A program made the position numbers and the translations under genes. Positions 38,100 through 50,275 of a stretch of 64,000 nucleotides of DNA are shown here, in pieces. Each line of letters starts with the position of its first letter. The stretch's first letter is position 1. The stretch is from Octopus bimaculoides (taxonomy: Eukaryota). The DNA lies in contig NC_068987.1 of the NCBI RefSeq assembly GCF_001194135.2, positions 13,697,222 through 13,761,221 of the forward strand, written 5' to 3'. The notes below the pieces were generated by a model. The model was given only the letters and a program-made list of their open reading frames with translations. It was not told the origin of the DNA and made no database searches.

Positions 38100-40053
38100 C
38101 CAGTAGCTACCCACCACCACCACCATCACCTTTCCCACACCCTATCCACCCCCTCCTGAGTCAAGTGATATGAAGGAGTAACACAGCAAGAATGGATTGT
38201 GTTAGCAGCACTGACTGTAGTCCTCTTATTAGTGATACAGCGATGGCAAGTGTGGTAGTGGCATTAGCAGTAGTAACAGTAGTAGAAGAACAAGTGTACA
38301 CTGTACACAAAATAGCAGCATCACATGAATAAGGAGAGGGGGGGGAGAAGGAGGGCAGAGACAGACAGACAGACAGAGAGGCTTTTGCTAAATACACTTT
38401 GACAAAGCTAATTGTTGCTACACACTATAATGTATGGAAAGAAATCCAAGTTGAGTTGTCGGAGAGCGGGTGCAGCGGGGGGGGGGGGGGGGGGGGTCCC
38501 CCTCCCCCCGGACACCCCACTCCCAATAACATTTGAAAAGCAGTTTAGCTATTATCATCATGATCAGTCAGTGAAACTTAACATTTTCCAATTGCTATCA
38601 AATCTTCAGTTACAATACAACTAGCTCCATTCAACACTGTGCTACCATCACAGATAGTGGGAGGCTGACAAGCCGGCAAGAAGATGAACAGCAAGTTTTA
38701 TATATAAAAAAAAAGATAAAATTTAAAACAATGTAATGAAGAAATTTTTTTTTCTTTTACACTATGGTCTTTTTTATTTTTTCAATGAATAGTTAAGTCA
38801 CAGAAGGAAAACCACAATGGAAAGTGGATTAATAAAAACTGAGGTAATAACAATATATATATATATATCGTTATTAGGACATTAGAAGAAAAAAATCTGA
38901 TACTGAACAGATCATTATAGATAATCAGATCACTTAAATAGATTGTAATTAATCAAAAACAATTTATCATAAATGGTGTGTGTGTGTGTGTGTGTCTTTC
39001 ATGATAGATTTGTGAGTAAGCAAGTGCAACTATATGTATGGAGTAATGAGGTCTGTGAGAGAGTAATAATAATAATTATTATTATTATTATTATTATAAA
39101 TACGAGAGGCAGGAGCAAATATTAAGCTCAACACTATTAAAGAAATCAGCCTTTATTTTATCAATAAAACACATAGCAACTGACAGAACAGACACACAAG
39201 TAAAATGGAATTAAAATAATATAAATTCTAAGAGGGTTTCTTCCAAAGTACTAAATTCATTACTATAGTGATTTCAGAAGAAATCAGAAAATCGATGAAG
39301 TTAAAACAACCAAAATATTTCATACAGTTTAACTGCAAAAATAATTTGAATTCCAAGTAGATTTTTTTTTCAACAACACTATTTGATATTTCAGATTTTC
39401 ATCAACTCTTATTTTTACCCCATTTACAATAAAAGAGGGGAAAAAATTAAATTTAGACGAAGCATTTTTTTTTCATTCATTCATTCATTTTCATTCATTC
39501 ATTCATTCACTCACTCACTCACTCACTCACAGGAAAAGGGTAGGTAAACTTTGTGTAACATTAAATCATTAGGTGATAGATCTATTATATTATCCAGTTT
39601 GTTAATAACAAGTGAATTTATAATCACAACCCTAAATGTGTTTCGGTAATAATGATCGTGGTGTAAGCATACTTTATTAACTACTAAATCACCATTACAT
39701 TATTTAACAATCTGTGGAAGGCACTGCATTAAAAATAGCTTAACATATCATGTGATGCTATTCTCTCCTACGGACCAAATCATTATCTAAACCGTTTTAT
39801 ATTATAATTATTCAAGGAAAAAATATCGATGCTTATATTAAGCCTACATAAATGCTATATTACATCATTTAAATAGCATAAAATCTATCAAGATTTTTGT
39901 TTTATTCTTATTTTTATTTCTAAAAATAAATACATCAAGCACAAGAGGTTTTCTCGATTGTATATGTAAGATATTTTTCTTTTTATGCATGCCTGTGTGC
40001 ATGCACGTACTACGATTATGCACTTACACTATGGATGTGTAAGTGCACATCAG

Positions 40054-40092
<39 letters not shown>

Positions 40093-40700
40093 CATACATG
40101 CACACACAGTGATATATACATACATGCACGTATATACACACAAAAGAACCTTATCTTCTACTACTGTACTGCGTTAATGAATTATGGAGCTATTAAGTAG
40201 AAATCAAAGCAGTATACTATTCTGGAAAGTAGGAGTGATGACGGCAAACAGTCATTCACTCTTTCTCTCCACGAGATAGTAGCACCAGCAGCAGAGAATG
40301 ATTGGCTAATCTAGTACACACACACACACTATACCGGTAAAATGTGAAGCAAAATGATTCAAGGCACATGCTAATATATATAGTACTCGCTCACTACCTG
40401 TAACATATCACGGGGATGCAGTAACTGCAGTTAAATAGTGATTCAAACACAAGATGTTATTTCAATAGTTTTTGAATACTATCTTTTTTTTTATATATTA
40501 TTATTATTTTTAGTTAAGATATATTTGAATTGAGAAAATATCTGTTTAAAGAATCTTTTAAAATATAATATTCCAGTAAATACAATAAATGAGAGAAATA
40601 TAAATAAAACTTCAATTATTTTAAGAAATTAAAAAAAAAAAACTCAATTAAGTAATTAATAACGACTGGTCGGTTTATCTGTTAGAAAGAAAATGTATCT
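38100..40700. promoter_or_regulatory. Internal CpG-retaining, low-complexity region; possible promoter or long 5' UTR
   Basis: CpG clusters at 38.46-38.68, 39.64-39.96 and 40.24-40.67 kb; a G20 run at 38477-38496; ATTGG (CCAAT on -) near 40300; Inr-like TCATTC near 40253; no SINEs for about 3 kb. Confidence 0.35.
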
Positions 40701-41146
40701 GGCCAACTTTTGATAGAAATGCATGTGATGATGAAGACAGCAAAGTCGGCCAACATAGAAAATTAGGCAATGACCTAAAAAAGATGGCTGTACTACCTAA
40801 CAGAAGTGACCACACAGAGTAAAAAGCAAACCACATCAATTTATTAAACACAGAATTTGGGAATATTGTCAAAACAGGAAATGAAAATGAAACTAAGTAC
40901 ATATCTTCATTCATATAAATGTACTGGTAATAATAACTACTGTCAGGAAGTATAATTGTATTATTACTGTTAAAAATAATTACATTCCTCAACATAATTA
41001 TGATTTTGTTGTCATTATTGTTTTTTTGTTTTTTAATCTTTCATACTGTTTAATTTGTCACCACCACCACCACCAAACCCAAATACAAGAAGACATTTAA
41101 GAAATAGCAATATATTCTTCTTTTGTAGTGATAATCAACATCTCCC

Positions 41147-41182
<36 letters not shown>

Positions 41183-41221
41183 GATGAAGAACCAGCTTGA
41201 GCAAAAATTGATAATTGCTCC

Positions 41222-41375
41222 AAATTTTGGCACAAGGTCAGCAACTTCGGGGGGGGGGAGGTCAACTGATTACATTGATCCCAGTACCTGGTTGGTACCT
41301 TATTTAATCAAGTCCAATAGGATGAAAAGCAAAGCCACTAAGTATTTTGTCTAGCATGCTAATGACTATCAGCTC
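41222..41375 (-). mobile_element. Meta-domain-type SINE
   Basis: ggcacaaggtcagc...gattacattgatcccagtac...ggatgaaaagcaaag, next to (AAT)n. Confidence 0.7.
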
Positions 41376-41454
41376 CCTACACTAATGGTAATAATTTCTT
41401 ACAAGGAATCATTTTAATTTTTTACAGACCAATAGTAATAACTGTTTCTAACAT

Positions 41455-41625
41455 AGGCACAAGGCCTGAAATTTATGGAATAGGTGGGAGAGATTAACTC
41501 GGTTAAGTCAACCCAAGTACATGACTGGTATGTTATTTTATTGAGCCTAAAAGGATGAAATGCCAAGTTGACCTCGATGCGATTTGAACTCGGAACCTTA
41601 AGACCCAGAGTACCAGAAGCATTTT
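41455..41625 (-). mobile_element. Meta-domain-type SINE
   Basis: aggcacaaggcctgaaattt...ggatgaaatgccaagttgacctcgatgcgatttgaactcggaa. Confidence 0.75.
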
Positions 41626-41841
41626 TTCCATTGTTATAACACTTCTGTAAATACACCACCCATCCAATGAAAATCACAATGATTTCTTTATAAGAAACTG
41701 CTTCCTTTGAAAGCAGAAATCAGATCCATAAGTATTTTCAGTTAACAAATATTTACAAAAGACTAGAGGCTGAGTATGAATTATAGTTGAGGCGCCTTTT
41801 GTTACAAAGGCTCAAAAGAAACACTTACAGTCAACTCTTAC

Positions 41842-41965
41842 AATTTCTGTTTTGCTCAAGAACGAGAACCAAACATTTTATCATTTTCTCAAAAATCAAA
41901 GCCAGAAAAATTTTCATGGAAAATTTTTTATAAACAGAATTTACTGCTTCCACAAATTCACAAAA
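41842..41965 (-). CDS. Candidate exon, 124 nt, FCEFVEAVNSVYKKFSMKIFLALIFEKMIKCLVLVLEQNRN
   Basis: Acceptor attccaagttcag (moderate), donor GTAAGA with a second GTAAGT 12 nt further; only frame 0 open and phase-compatible with the 47241 exon. Confidence 0.3.
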
Positions 41966-42295
41966 CTGAACTTGGAATTTTTAAGAATTTGTTTTTCTTA
42001 GAATAAACTTTCTTTAATAAAATTAAACAAAACTCAATTCCTTTGTGACCAAACTATTTTACATTGCATTGTGAAACAAAATACCCCTCAATATCAAGAT
42101 ATCCACAAACACAGATACTTCTAAGCAATTTGTTTTATAACTCAATCTTAAGACAACTTTTAACCTTCAGCAAAATTACTATTAACCTTCAACAATTTAT
42201 TCACATTATTACCTATACTCAGCAAAACTAGACTATTCTTAACTGAAGTTCACATATCTGAGAAGTCAGTTTTACATTTTCACTCAATATAGATA

Positions 42296-42460
42296 GGCAC
42301 AGTAATGGTTGTGTGGTTAGAGGTCTGCTTCCCAACCACATGACTTCACACTCGGTCCCACTGCACAGCACATTGGACAAGAGTCTTTTACTATAGCCCC
42401 AAGCTGACCAAAGCCATGTGAATGGATTTAGTAGATGAACACTGAAAGAAACCCATTGTA
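42296..42460 (+). mobile_element. CORE-type SINE 5' part running into (AT)n and the gap
   Basis: ggttgtgtggttagag...ctcggtcccactgcacagcacattggacaagagtcttttactatagcc. Confidence 0.75.
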
Positions 42461-42507
<47 letters not shown>

Positions 42508-42817
42508 NNNNNNNNNNNNNNNNNNNNNNNNNNNNNNNNNNNNNNNNNNNNNNNNNNNNNNNNNNNNNNNNNNNNNNNNNNNNNNNNNNNNNNNNNNNNN
42601 NNNNNNNNNNNNNNNNNNNNNNNNNNNNNNNNNNNNNNNNNNNNNNNNNNNNNNNNNNNNNNNNNNNNNNNNNNNNNNNNNNNNNNNNNNNNNNNNNNNN
42701 NNNNNNNNNNNNNNNNNNNNNNNNNNNNNNNNNNNNNNNNNNNNNNNNNNNNNNNNNNNNNNNNNNNNNNNNNNNNNNNNNNNNNNNNNNNNNNNNNNNN
42801 NNNNNNNNNNNNNNNNN
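42508..42817. other. Assembly gap (310 N)
   Basis: Run of N flanked by (AT)n. Confidence 0.98.
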
Positions 42818-42849
42818 ATATATCAGGGTTGGGCCCCACAGAGGCAATG

Positions 42850-43130
42850 ACTGAGACCTTTGGCATTATGTCGTGCTTGAGAAGAAGACCCATCAAGTCA
42901 AGAAAAATCAGTTATGGCAGATACTCGTATCACATAAATGGCACCTGTGCCAGTGGCACGTAAAAGCATCCATTACACTCTCAGATTGGTTGGCATTAGG
43001 AAGGGCATCCAGCCATAGAAAATCATGCCAAATCAGACTGGAGTCTGGTGCAGCCTTCCAGCTTACCAGCCCTGGTCAGTCCAACCCATGCCAGCATGGA
43101 CAACGGACGTTAAATGATGATGATGATGAT
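42850..43130 (+). mobile_element. RTE-LINE 3' end with a (GAT)n tail
   Basis: gcttgagaagaagacccatcaag...ggttggcattaggaagggcatccagcc...aacccatgccagcatggacaacggacgttaaatgatgatgatg. Confidence 0.8.
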
Positions 43131-43402
43131 AGTAGAAAGTCAGGAGGTGTGAGGGATGAATATATATTCACCTAATTCCCTTAGGGTTTTGGCTATTTTG
43201 AAACCTTCTTCATGTAGTATTTATTTCAGTATTCAAGAAATTATGCATACATATTTTGCATTATGTATACTCAGCATTATACAATTGTAACCAGAACATC
43301 GTGTGTGTGTGTGTGTGTGTGTGTGTGCATGCGTGCGTGTGTGTGTGTCCTTGATTTGGCATAATATGATAGGTGTAAAAAAAGTGTCGCCATCATACAA
43401 GC

Positions 43403-43633
43403 AGTGGAGGCATGTGGATTAGTGGCCAGGGTGTTGGACTCGTGATAGTAAGGTTGTGGTTTCAATTCCTGGACTGAGTGGTATGCTGTGTTCTTAAACA
43501 AAACTCTTCATTTCACATTGCTCCAGCCCACTCAACTGGCAAAAACAAGTAATCCTGTAATGGGCTAGCATCCCATCCAGGAGGAAATATATGCACCATG
43601 GGAACCAGCCCTGTGAGTCTATACGACTCAAGA
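43403..43633 (+). mobile_element. Third tRNA-derived SINE family
   Basis: ggaggcatgtggattagtggccagggtgttggactcgtgat...ggtttcaattcctgg (A- and B-box-like); second copy at 50071-50275. Confidence 0.7.
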
Positions 43634-43639
43634 AGGATC

Positions 43640-43840
43640 TTTATCCTATATCATGTCAAACAAACATTGTCCATTTCCAGTAGCCTGTGAAAAGATGTCT
43701 GGTGGTAGGATAACATTACCTTATGTGGAAACAGCTGAGGGTTGGTGACAGGAAGAGCATCTGGCTATAGAAAATTCACCAACCAATTCCATCCAACCCA
43801 TGCTAGTATAGAAAAAGTGGAAATTAAAGCAATGATGGTG
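43640..43840 (+). mobile_element. RTE-tail element fragment
   Basis: aacattaccttatgtggaaacag...acaggaagagcatctggctatagaaa...ccaacccatgctagtatag. Confidence 0.7.
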
Positions 43841-44334
43841 ACAACAGCACAAAACAAAGTAACTGATTTAAGTAGATATATTATGTTGCCTGTTGCACAG
43901 TTTCATTTTAACTAAATATAAGCATTCTATAATATTATCCATATTGTAATCATTATATTTAGATTTCCGTCTAGATCAGTGCAGTAGGAATGTCTGGACC
44001 CCAGACAACTGAAGAAAGCCATTAAAGAAATAGGCACAGCTGCTGAAACTAGCACAAGATAGCCATGGTTGATAAGAGATCACAAGTGAAACTCTTCCAT
44101 AGGGGAAAACCAGCTGTCATCGCTGCTCCACTCTGGCAAAGTGTACAGGATAAAGGGCGAAACACTTGTGTCCCTGAGATACCTGCTAATGATATGGAAG
44201 AGTTTCCAGTATTGCAATGGATTCAGAAGAGCTTACAAAACCTCTGAGCAGCTCCTATAGCTTCTGTGTGGGGCAAAGCATCTCTGATGTTTATTTCTCC
44301 TCACCTAGGCACAGGCAATGGCTGTGTAACCAAG

Positions 44335-44672
44335 ATGTTTTGCTTTGCAACCACATGATTTCAGGTAAAGTTCCCCAGCATGTTACCTTTGGCAAGTATC
44401 TACTATAGCTCAAGGCTAATAAATAACTTGTGAATGAATTCGGGAGGTGGAAAATGTATGGAAGTCCCGCGCGCGTGCGTGCGTGTGTGTGTGTATATGC
44501 ACAAGTGTCCCACTGTCTGGCAACATGTTAGTTTGCACCCTGATAACCTAGCAGTTCAGCCAATAAGTGACTGATAGAATAAGTAGTATCAAAGAAAATC
44601 AATAATGAGATTAATTTGATGGTACCCCAGAATGGCCACAGTCCAATGGTCAAAACAAAATAAAAGAATAAA
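44335..44672 (+). mobile_element. CORE-type SINE
   Basis: accacatgatttcagg...ttacctttggcaagtatctactatagc...ggtaccccagaatggccacagtccaatg. Confidence 0.7.
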
Positions 44673-44794
44673 AAATTCCTGCAAAGAAATTATCCTCAAT
44701 TTCCTTGTCTTCACAAGTTGTGCTTTACTATGATTAAAAAAAAAAAATTATTCTTTCTGATTAAATGCACTATATAATAAACTAAACTTTCTCA

Positions 44795-45125
44795 TATGGT
44801 GCAAGTATGTCCACATGGTTAAGTAGTTCATAGTACAACCACATGGTTTCAGGCTCAATCCCACTGCACAACACCCTGGGTGGTTTCTAGTGTAGAAGTC
44901 TGCCATGTGTATATGTGTGCGTGTATATCTGTATGCGTTTGTCTCTCACAATTTGACAACTTGTGTTGGTTTGTTTGCATCGCCATCATTTAGCATTTCA
45001 GCAAATCGGGGCTAAAGGAGTAAGTACCAGACTTGAAGTACTGGTGTCAATTTGATTGACTAAACCCTTCAAGGCAGTGCTCCAGTATGGGATCAGTCCA
45101 ATGAGTGAAACAAGTAAAAGAATTT
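44795..45125 (+). mobile_element. CORE-type SINE
   Basis: accacatggtttcaggctcaatcccactgc...aaggcagtgctccagtatgg...gaaacaagtaaaagaa. Confidence 0.75.
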
Positions 45126-45883
45126 TAAAAATATGGTGCATACAAGTAAACAAAATATGATGAGTAAAAGAGCAAAAATCAAAGCAAAAAAAAAACCCCC
45201 CAGCTGATACTAAGAGTAAAAAATGAACAAAGATTTACTGCAGTTAATGAAACAACTGAACAAAAATTAAAAGTAAAAATTAATTGGCCAAAGAATTAAG
45301 AAGCTTGATGAAATAACAGCCTACATTTATAATTAAGTGAAAAGATCCAACAGTTTTGCCAAGATTGCAAATATGAGATGGATTTTAAGTTATTATTATT
45401 ATTATCAAGTGTAATACAGAGGATTTATGATACTCAAAATTTAGGATGTAAACAAGCAAGTCGGTCACTGGAATAAGAAATACTGCTTCTTTTTTTATTT
45501 TTTTCTCCCACAGAAAAGTCATTTAAAGGAATAGAAAATATTTTCTTTTTTAAAATAAGATGCCAGCAGCAGTCTTAATAAAATGAGTCAGAAAGATCAA
45601 TAATGTTCTGACAAAATAATTTAACACTGCTTTGGAGAGACGGGCATGAAATTAGTAAAGATGAAATTTCTTCAGACTAAAGAATTTTAAGAACTTTAAT
45701 TCTTTAGTCTGCAAAAATGTCTAGCTCAGATATACTTTTAATCTAATTTTATAGTATGAATTACATATGCTATTGATTTGTGATTTTTATGTAAAATAAC
45801 ATAAAATATAAAAAATTTTAAAAACTACATAGATTTCTAACATTCACGTGCTAGATGATGATCATCATCACCCTTCCTCCTGT

Positions 45884-46309
45884 AGGCACAAGGCCCCAAA
45901 TTTTTTTTTTGGGGGGGGGGGGGGCTAATCAATTACATTGACCCCAGTGCTTGACTGGTACTTGATTTATTGACCCAAAGGGATGAATGGCAAAGTTTGA
46001 TCACAGAATGTAAAACTAGAAAAAATGCCACGAGGTATTTTGTTCAATATGTCTTCTGACATTTCTGGCTGAGACTTGGGTACAACTTGTATAAATTAAA
46101 ACAAAAAACAAAACCATATAATAATAATTCCAAATTCTGGCACAAGGCCAGCAATTTTGGGAAGGGGCTAAGTTGATTACACTGACCCCAGTATTTAACT
46201 GGTACTTAATTTATCAACCCTAAAAGGATCTAAGGTGAACATAAAGACGGATGAAATGCCACTAAGCATCTTCTACCCAGCATGCTAACAATTCTACCAA
46301 CTTGTCACC

Positions 46310-46353
<44 letters not shown>

Positions 46354-46759
46354 TTCAAATTTTACTACAAGAGTAACAATTTGGGGGGGAGGGGATGAGT
46401 TGATTTCATTGACCTCAGTTTTCAACTACTACTTATTTTATCGACCCTGAAAGGATGAAAGGCAGAGTCAACCTTGGTGGAATTTGAACTAAGATCGTAA
46501 CGACAGGCAAAATATCGCTAAGCATTTCATCCAACACACTAATGATTCTGCCAGCTCACCACATTAATGATAATAATAACAATAATAATACTATAGGCAC
46601 AAGGCCTGAAATTTGGGGGGAAGGGGACTAGGTAGTTTATCAGCCCCGAGAAATTGAAAGGCAAAGTTGACCTCAGCAGAATTTGAACTCAGAACATAAT
46701 GACAGGCGGAATACTGCTAAGCATTTTACCTGGTGTGCTAACCATTCTGCCAGCTCACT

Positions 46760-46761
<2 letters not shown>
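45884..46761 (-). repeat. Tandem head-to-tail array of four Meta-type SINEs, separated by (AAT)n in the last three junctions
   Basis: Copies at about 45884-46045, 46136-46310, 46361-46561 and 46595-46761; (AAT)n at 46311-46352, 46565-46590 and 46765-46797. Confidence 0.8.
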
Positions 46762-46797
<36 letters not shown>

Positions 46798-47240
46798 TGT
46801 TGTTTGTAATACAGACATGATAAATGAAATGTGGAGGAGAGGAATAATCAATTATATTATCACCATTAGAGAGATGAAAAGCAAAATTAATTTCAAGGGG
46901 ATTTGAACCTAGAATATAAAGAGCCAGAAGAAATACCACAATGCTTTTAATCTTTTCCCTTCGATGATCTGATTCTGCCAATATTGGTACAAGACCAAAC
47001 AGAAGATTGGAGGAGGAGAACAGTCAGTTATTCCACACACACATTACGTGGCAGGTATTTTATTTTGTTGACATTCAAATGAGATGACCACCAGAAAAGT
47101 GATAGTATAAACATACACCTGAAAAGGATTCAGAGAATGACAAAGTGATTATACTCAGGGATATGCCAAACAATACAGATGGATAATTCAAGACTAACTA
47201 GAGGAAAAGAAGTGCCTCCTAATCAAAGATTCGGTCTCAC

Positions 47241-47318
47241 ATATAATAATATGTTTCTAAATGAAATGGTGAAATTATATATAGAGACCTGGAAATAGAG
47301 ATAACCAGATTGTGTGAA
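47241..47318 (-). CDS. Candidate exon, 78 nt, FTQSGYLYFQVSIYNFTISFRNILLY
   Basis: Acceptor gtttgtttttgttttcag, donor GTGAGA, phase 0-0; joins in frame to the 47403-47440 exon across an 84-nt GTAAGT...CAG intron. Confidence 0.4.
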
Positions 47319-47402
47319 CTGAAAACAAAAACAAACCCTAAAATATATATTAGGTGTCTTGGAAATTATTGAAAAGCATAACCAAAAAACCTCAGGACTT
47401 AC

Positions 47403-47440
47403 AAGCAGACACAGCACAAAGAGTATAGCACTTCCAAATA
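47403..47440 (-). CDS. Candidate exon, 38 nt, xFGSAILFVLCLL
   Basis: Acceptor catattatgtatgcag, donor GTAAGT, phase-compatible with the downstream exon. Confidence 0.4.
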
Positions 47441-48552
47441 CTGCATACATAATATGCAAATATATATAATAGAACAACAATATAACAGAAAAACAGGAAA
47501 TACAAAACCAAAAAAAGTAGTACATTTACAAGATGGAAAAGCAAATGTTAAAAATTTCGAAGATGATGATGATAACTGGATGATACACAAGAAAAGAAAG
47601 TTTAGCAGGAAGAAAATGCTATGTTCCAGAGACTGATAGCAAATGAAAACGGTATGGCTCTTTAGGATATGTAAGGGAATCAATCAGATATTATGAAGAA
47701 ACGAAGAGATCTGGGTCTACTCTAATTGATACAGCTTGTCCAAATGATAACAACATACCTGTAAAGAAGGTTGAAAAATGATGGTGATGATGAAAATATT
47801 AATCAGTTCTTTATTTGTCACAAAGGTGAAAAGCGGGACACATTAACATAGGTAAGAAAACACAATGAGTGTTTTACAGTAACCCAAAAAATAAACTGCC
47901 TAAAACAAGGTGAGTATAAAATAAGCTCCAAATATATACCAAATGAATATGAACTTAGATACAAATCCATAATGATTCATGGAAGTTTTTCTGTATACTT
48001 CAGCATAATCTATATCTCCCTCCACCATCAGATTTTATCTTGGAAAACATTACACATATTTAGTCATACATACTAACGATAAATAAGAAAAAGAGGGTGG
48101 TGCTACAAACGACTACAATGGGAGTGCTGGACAGCCAGAAAACAAGACAGAACACCATTAATAGGGATGAACAAAACAAATAAGGTTATAAAAAAAAAAA
48201 ACCTACAAGAAAATATAAAGAAATGGGTTAGAGATAAAAATGGTAAAATAAAGCATGTGAGTCATTGTTAGATATTTTGAGAGAGTAAATAAGCCAGATG
48301 GGACAAATATAGCAAATACAGACACACCATTTATATGTATGTATGTATATATCCACACACACACACACACACACACACAATGTATGAAATTAATGAAAGT
48401 AAACCTTTATATCATTGATAGTAAATGAAATATCCTGTTTAAAGATTTGGTTAGATTTCTGCTGACCAATTGTCAAGAACCTGCTCTAGGATGCTAACCA
48501 GACTAATTCTACAAGCTGGAACTTAAAGCGTTTTAAAAGTACTTTTGGTCAC

Positions 48553-48583
<31 letters not shown>

Positions 48584-48587
<4 letters not shown>

Positions 48588-48724
48588 TCATCATCATCAT
48601 CGTTTAACGTCCGCTTTCCATGCTAGCATGGGTTGGACGATTTGACCGAGGACTGGTGAAACCAGATGGCTACACCAGGTTCCAATCTGATTTGGCAGAG
48701 TTTCTACAGCTGGATGCCCTTCCT
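48584..48724 (-). mobile_element. Young RTE-tail 3' end
   Basis: (CAT)n-cgtttaacgtccgctttccatgctagcatgggttggacgatttgaccgagg...ctacagctggatgcccttcct with CpGs intact. Confidence 0.85.
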
Positions 48725-49025
48725 CAGTCATTAGATTGTGGCCATGCTGGGGCATCGCCTTTCAGAATTTCAGCCAACTGAATCGACCCCAGTACTTATT
48801 TTTTAAAAGCTTGGTACTTATTTTATCAGCCACTTTTGCCAAACTGCTAAGTTACAAGGACATAAACACAATAACACCAGTTATCAAGCAATGGTGAGGC
48901 ACAACCACACACACACACACATAAGACAGGCTTTTTTCAACTTCCATCTATCAAATCCACTCACAAGGCTTGCAGTGGGACTGAACCCAGAACCATGTGG
49001 TTGGCAAGGAAACTTATAACCACAC
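48725..49025 (-). mobile_element. CORE-type SINE, interrupted by the RTE-tail copy
   Basis: cagtcattagattgtggccatgctggggcatcgcc...caaatccactcacaaggc...gtgggactgaacccagaaccatgtgg. Confidence 0.8.
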
Positions 49026-49189
49026 ATATACTTATATGTATAAAGTTATAAACAGCTGATAGAAATGAAAATGTAATCTGCACCAACATGAGTACTTGTG
49101 TTATCTCTTCACATTTTGTATACTGCAATGCTTGACCAGTTACATACACACACAGAATAAATTTGATAAACGGTAGTGACCAATTAAAA

Positions 49190-49279
49190 GAACTGTTTGC
49201 AAGTGTCAGACTGACCAATGCCTTGTGAGTGAATTTGGTAGATGAAAACTGGAGGCAAGCCTGTTGCGCACCCACGTGC

Positions 49280-49369
<90 letters not shown>

Positions 49370-49530
49370 ATACATACACGAACAAATGTGTGTTTCTGAA
49401 CTTTGAAACTCTGTACGTAAAAAACTTTCCCATTTTTCCCAAGCATTAAAATAATACACCTGCTTGTTATTCATATATCTATCTTCATCTTTTGTTGTCT
49501 GTAAATTTGAACTATATATACATATATATG

Positions 49531-49592
<62 letters not shown>

Positions 49593-49805
49593 CACGTGTG
49601 TGTGTGTGTGTGTGCCTTTGTTTGTTTGTCTCCTACCATAACCAGTGTTGGTTTGTTTACATATCCATAGATGTTTAGCAAAAGAGACCAACAAAATAAG
49701 TATCAGACTTTAAAAAATCTAAGTATTGGGTCTAATTAATTCAACTGAAATCCTTCAAGGTAGTGCCCCAGTATGGCCAGTCCAATAACTGAAATAAGTA
49801 AAAAG
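49190..49805 (+). mobile_element. CORE-type SINE with an expanded compound microsatellite core: (TG)44, (CA)~24, (TG)~9
   Basis: 5' part ctgaccaatgccttgtgagtgaatttggtagatg; 3' part aaggtagtgccccagtatggcc; (TG)n at 49281-49368 and (CA)n at 49537-49584. Confidence 0.75.
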
Positions 49806-50070
49806 TGAATGGGTATGATATGGTATACATGTGCGTGAGAGAGTGCATGTGTGCATGACAAAATACAAATAATAATAAAAAAATCTTCCATTTTACATCC
49901 TTGTGTGATACATTATCAAAGGTAACACCAGAGCAGTAGCAACAACTTTTATTAGTCTTACTCACCACTGCTACTATTTATATCTAATTATATTTATTAA
50001 TTATTAGTACTGAATGGGGAGTGACAGTTTTGTAACAGATGTTTTTAGGGGAGAGTAGATGACAAAGGCT

Positions 50071-50275
50071 TATGACTTAGTGGTTAAGGTGTTGGACTCA
50101 TGACCAATAGATTGTGGTTTCAATTACTGAACCGGATGATGCACTGTGGTCTTGAGCAAAACACTTCATTTCATGTTGCTCCAGTCCACTCAGCTGGCAA
50201 AACAGAAAATATATGTGCCATGGAAACCAGCCCTCTGAGTCTATATGACACAGGAAGAATCTTCATCCGTTTCTA
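50071..50275 (+). mobile_element. Third tRNA-derived SINE family, second copy
   Basis: ttagtggttaaggtgttggactcatg...gtggtttcaatt...cacttcatttcatgttgctccagtccactcagctggc. Confidence 0.7.

Noticed and set aside
42228-42896. Longest ORFs (222 and 139 aa)
   Set aside because: They are open only because they span the N gap and (AT)n.
45884-46797. Repeat-spacer pattern as a CRISPR-like array
   Set aside because: The units are ~170-200 bp diverged SINEs with microsatellite linkers in a eukaryotic genome, with no cas genes.
17369-47440. PIGW or SLC18B1 identity suggested by short motifs (VFGSA; FLDYFLVLTPL; GFVLGLFSSF)
   Set aside because: For PIGW the motif order is reversed and the flanking residues do not match. 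The SLC18B1 resemblance is only generic hydrophobic similarity.
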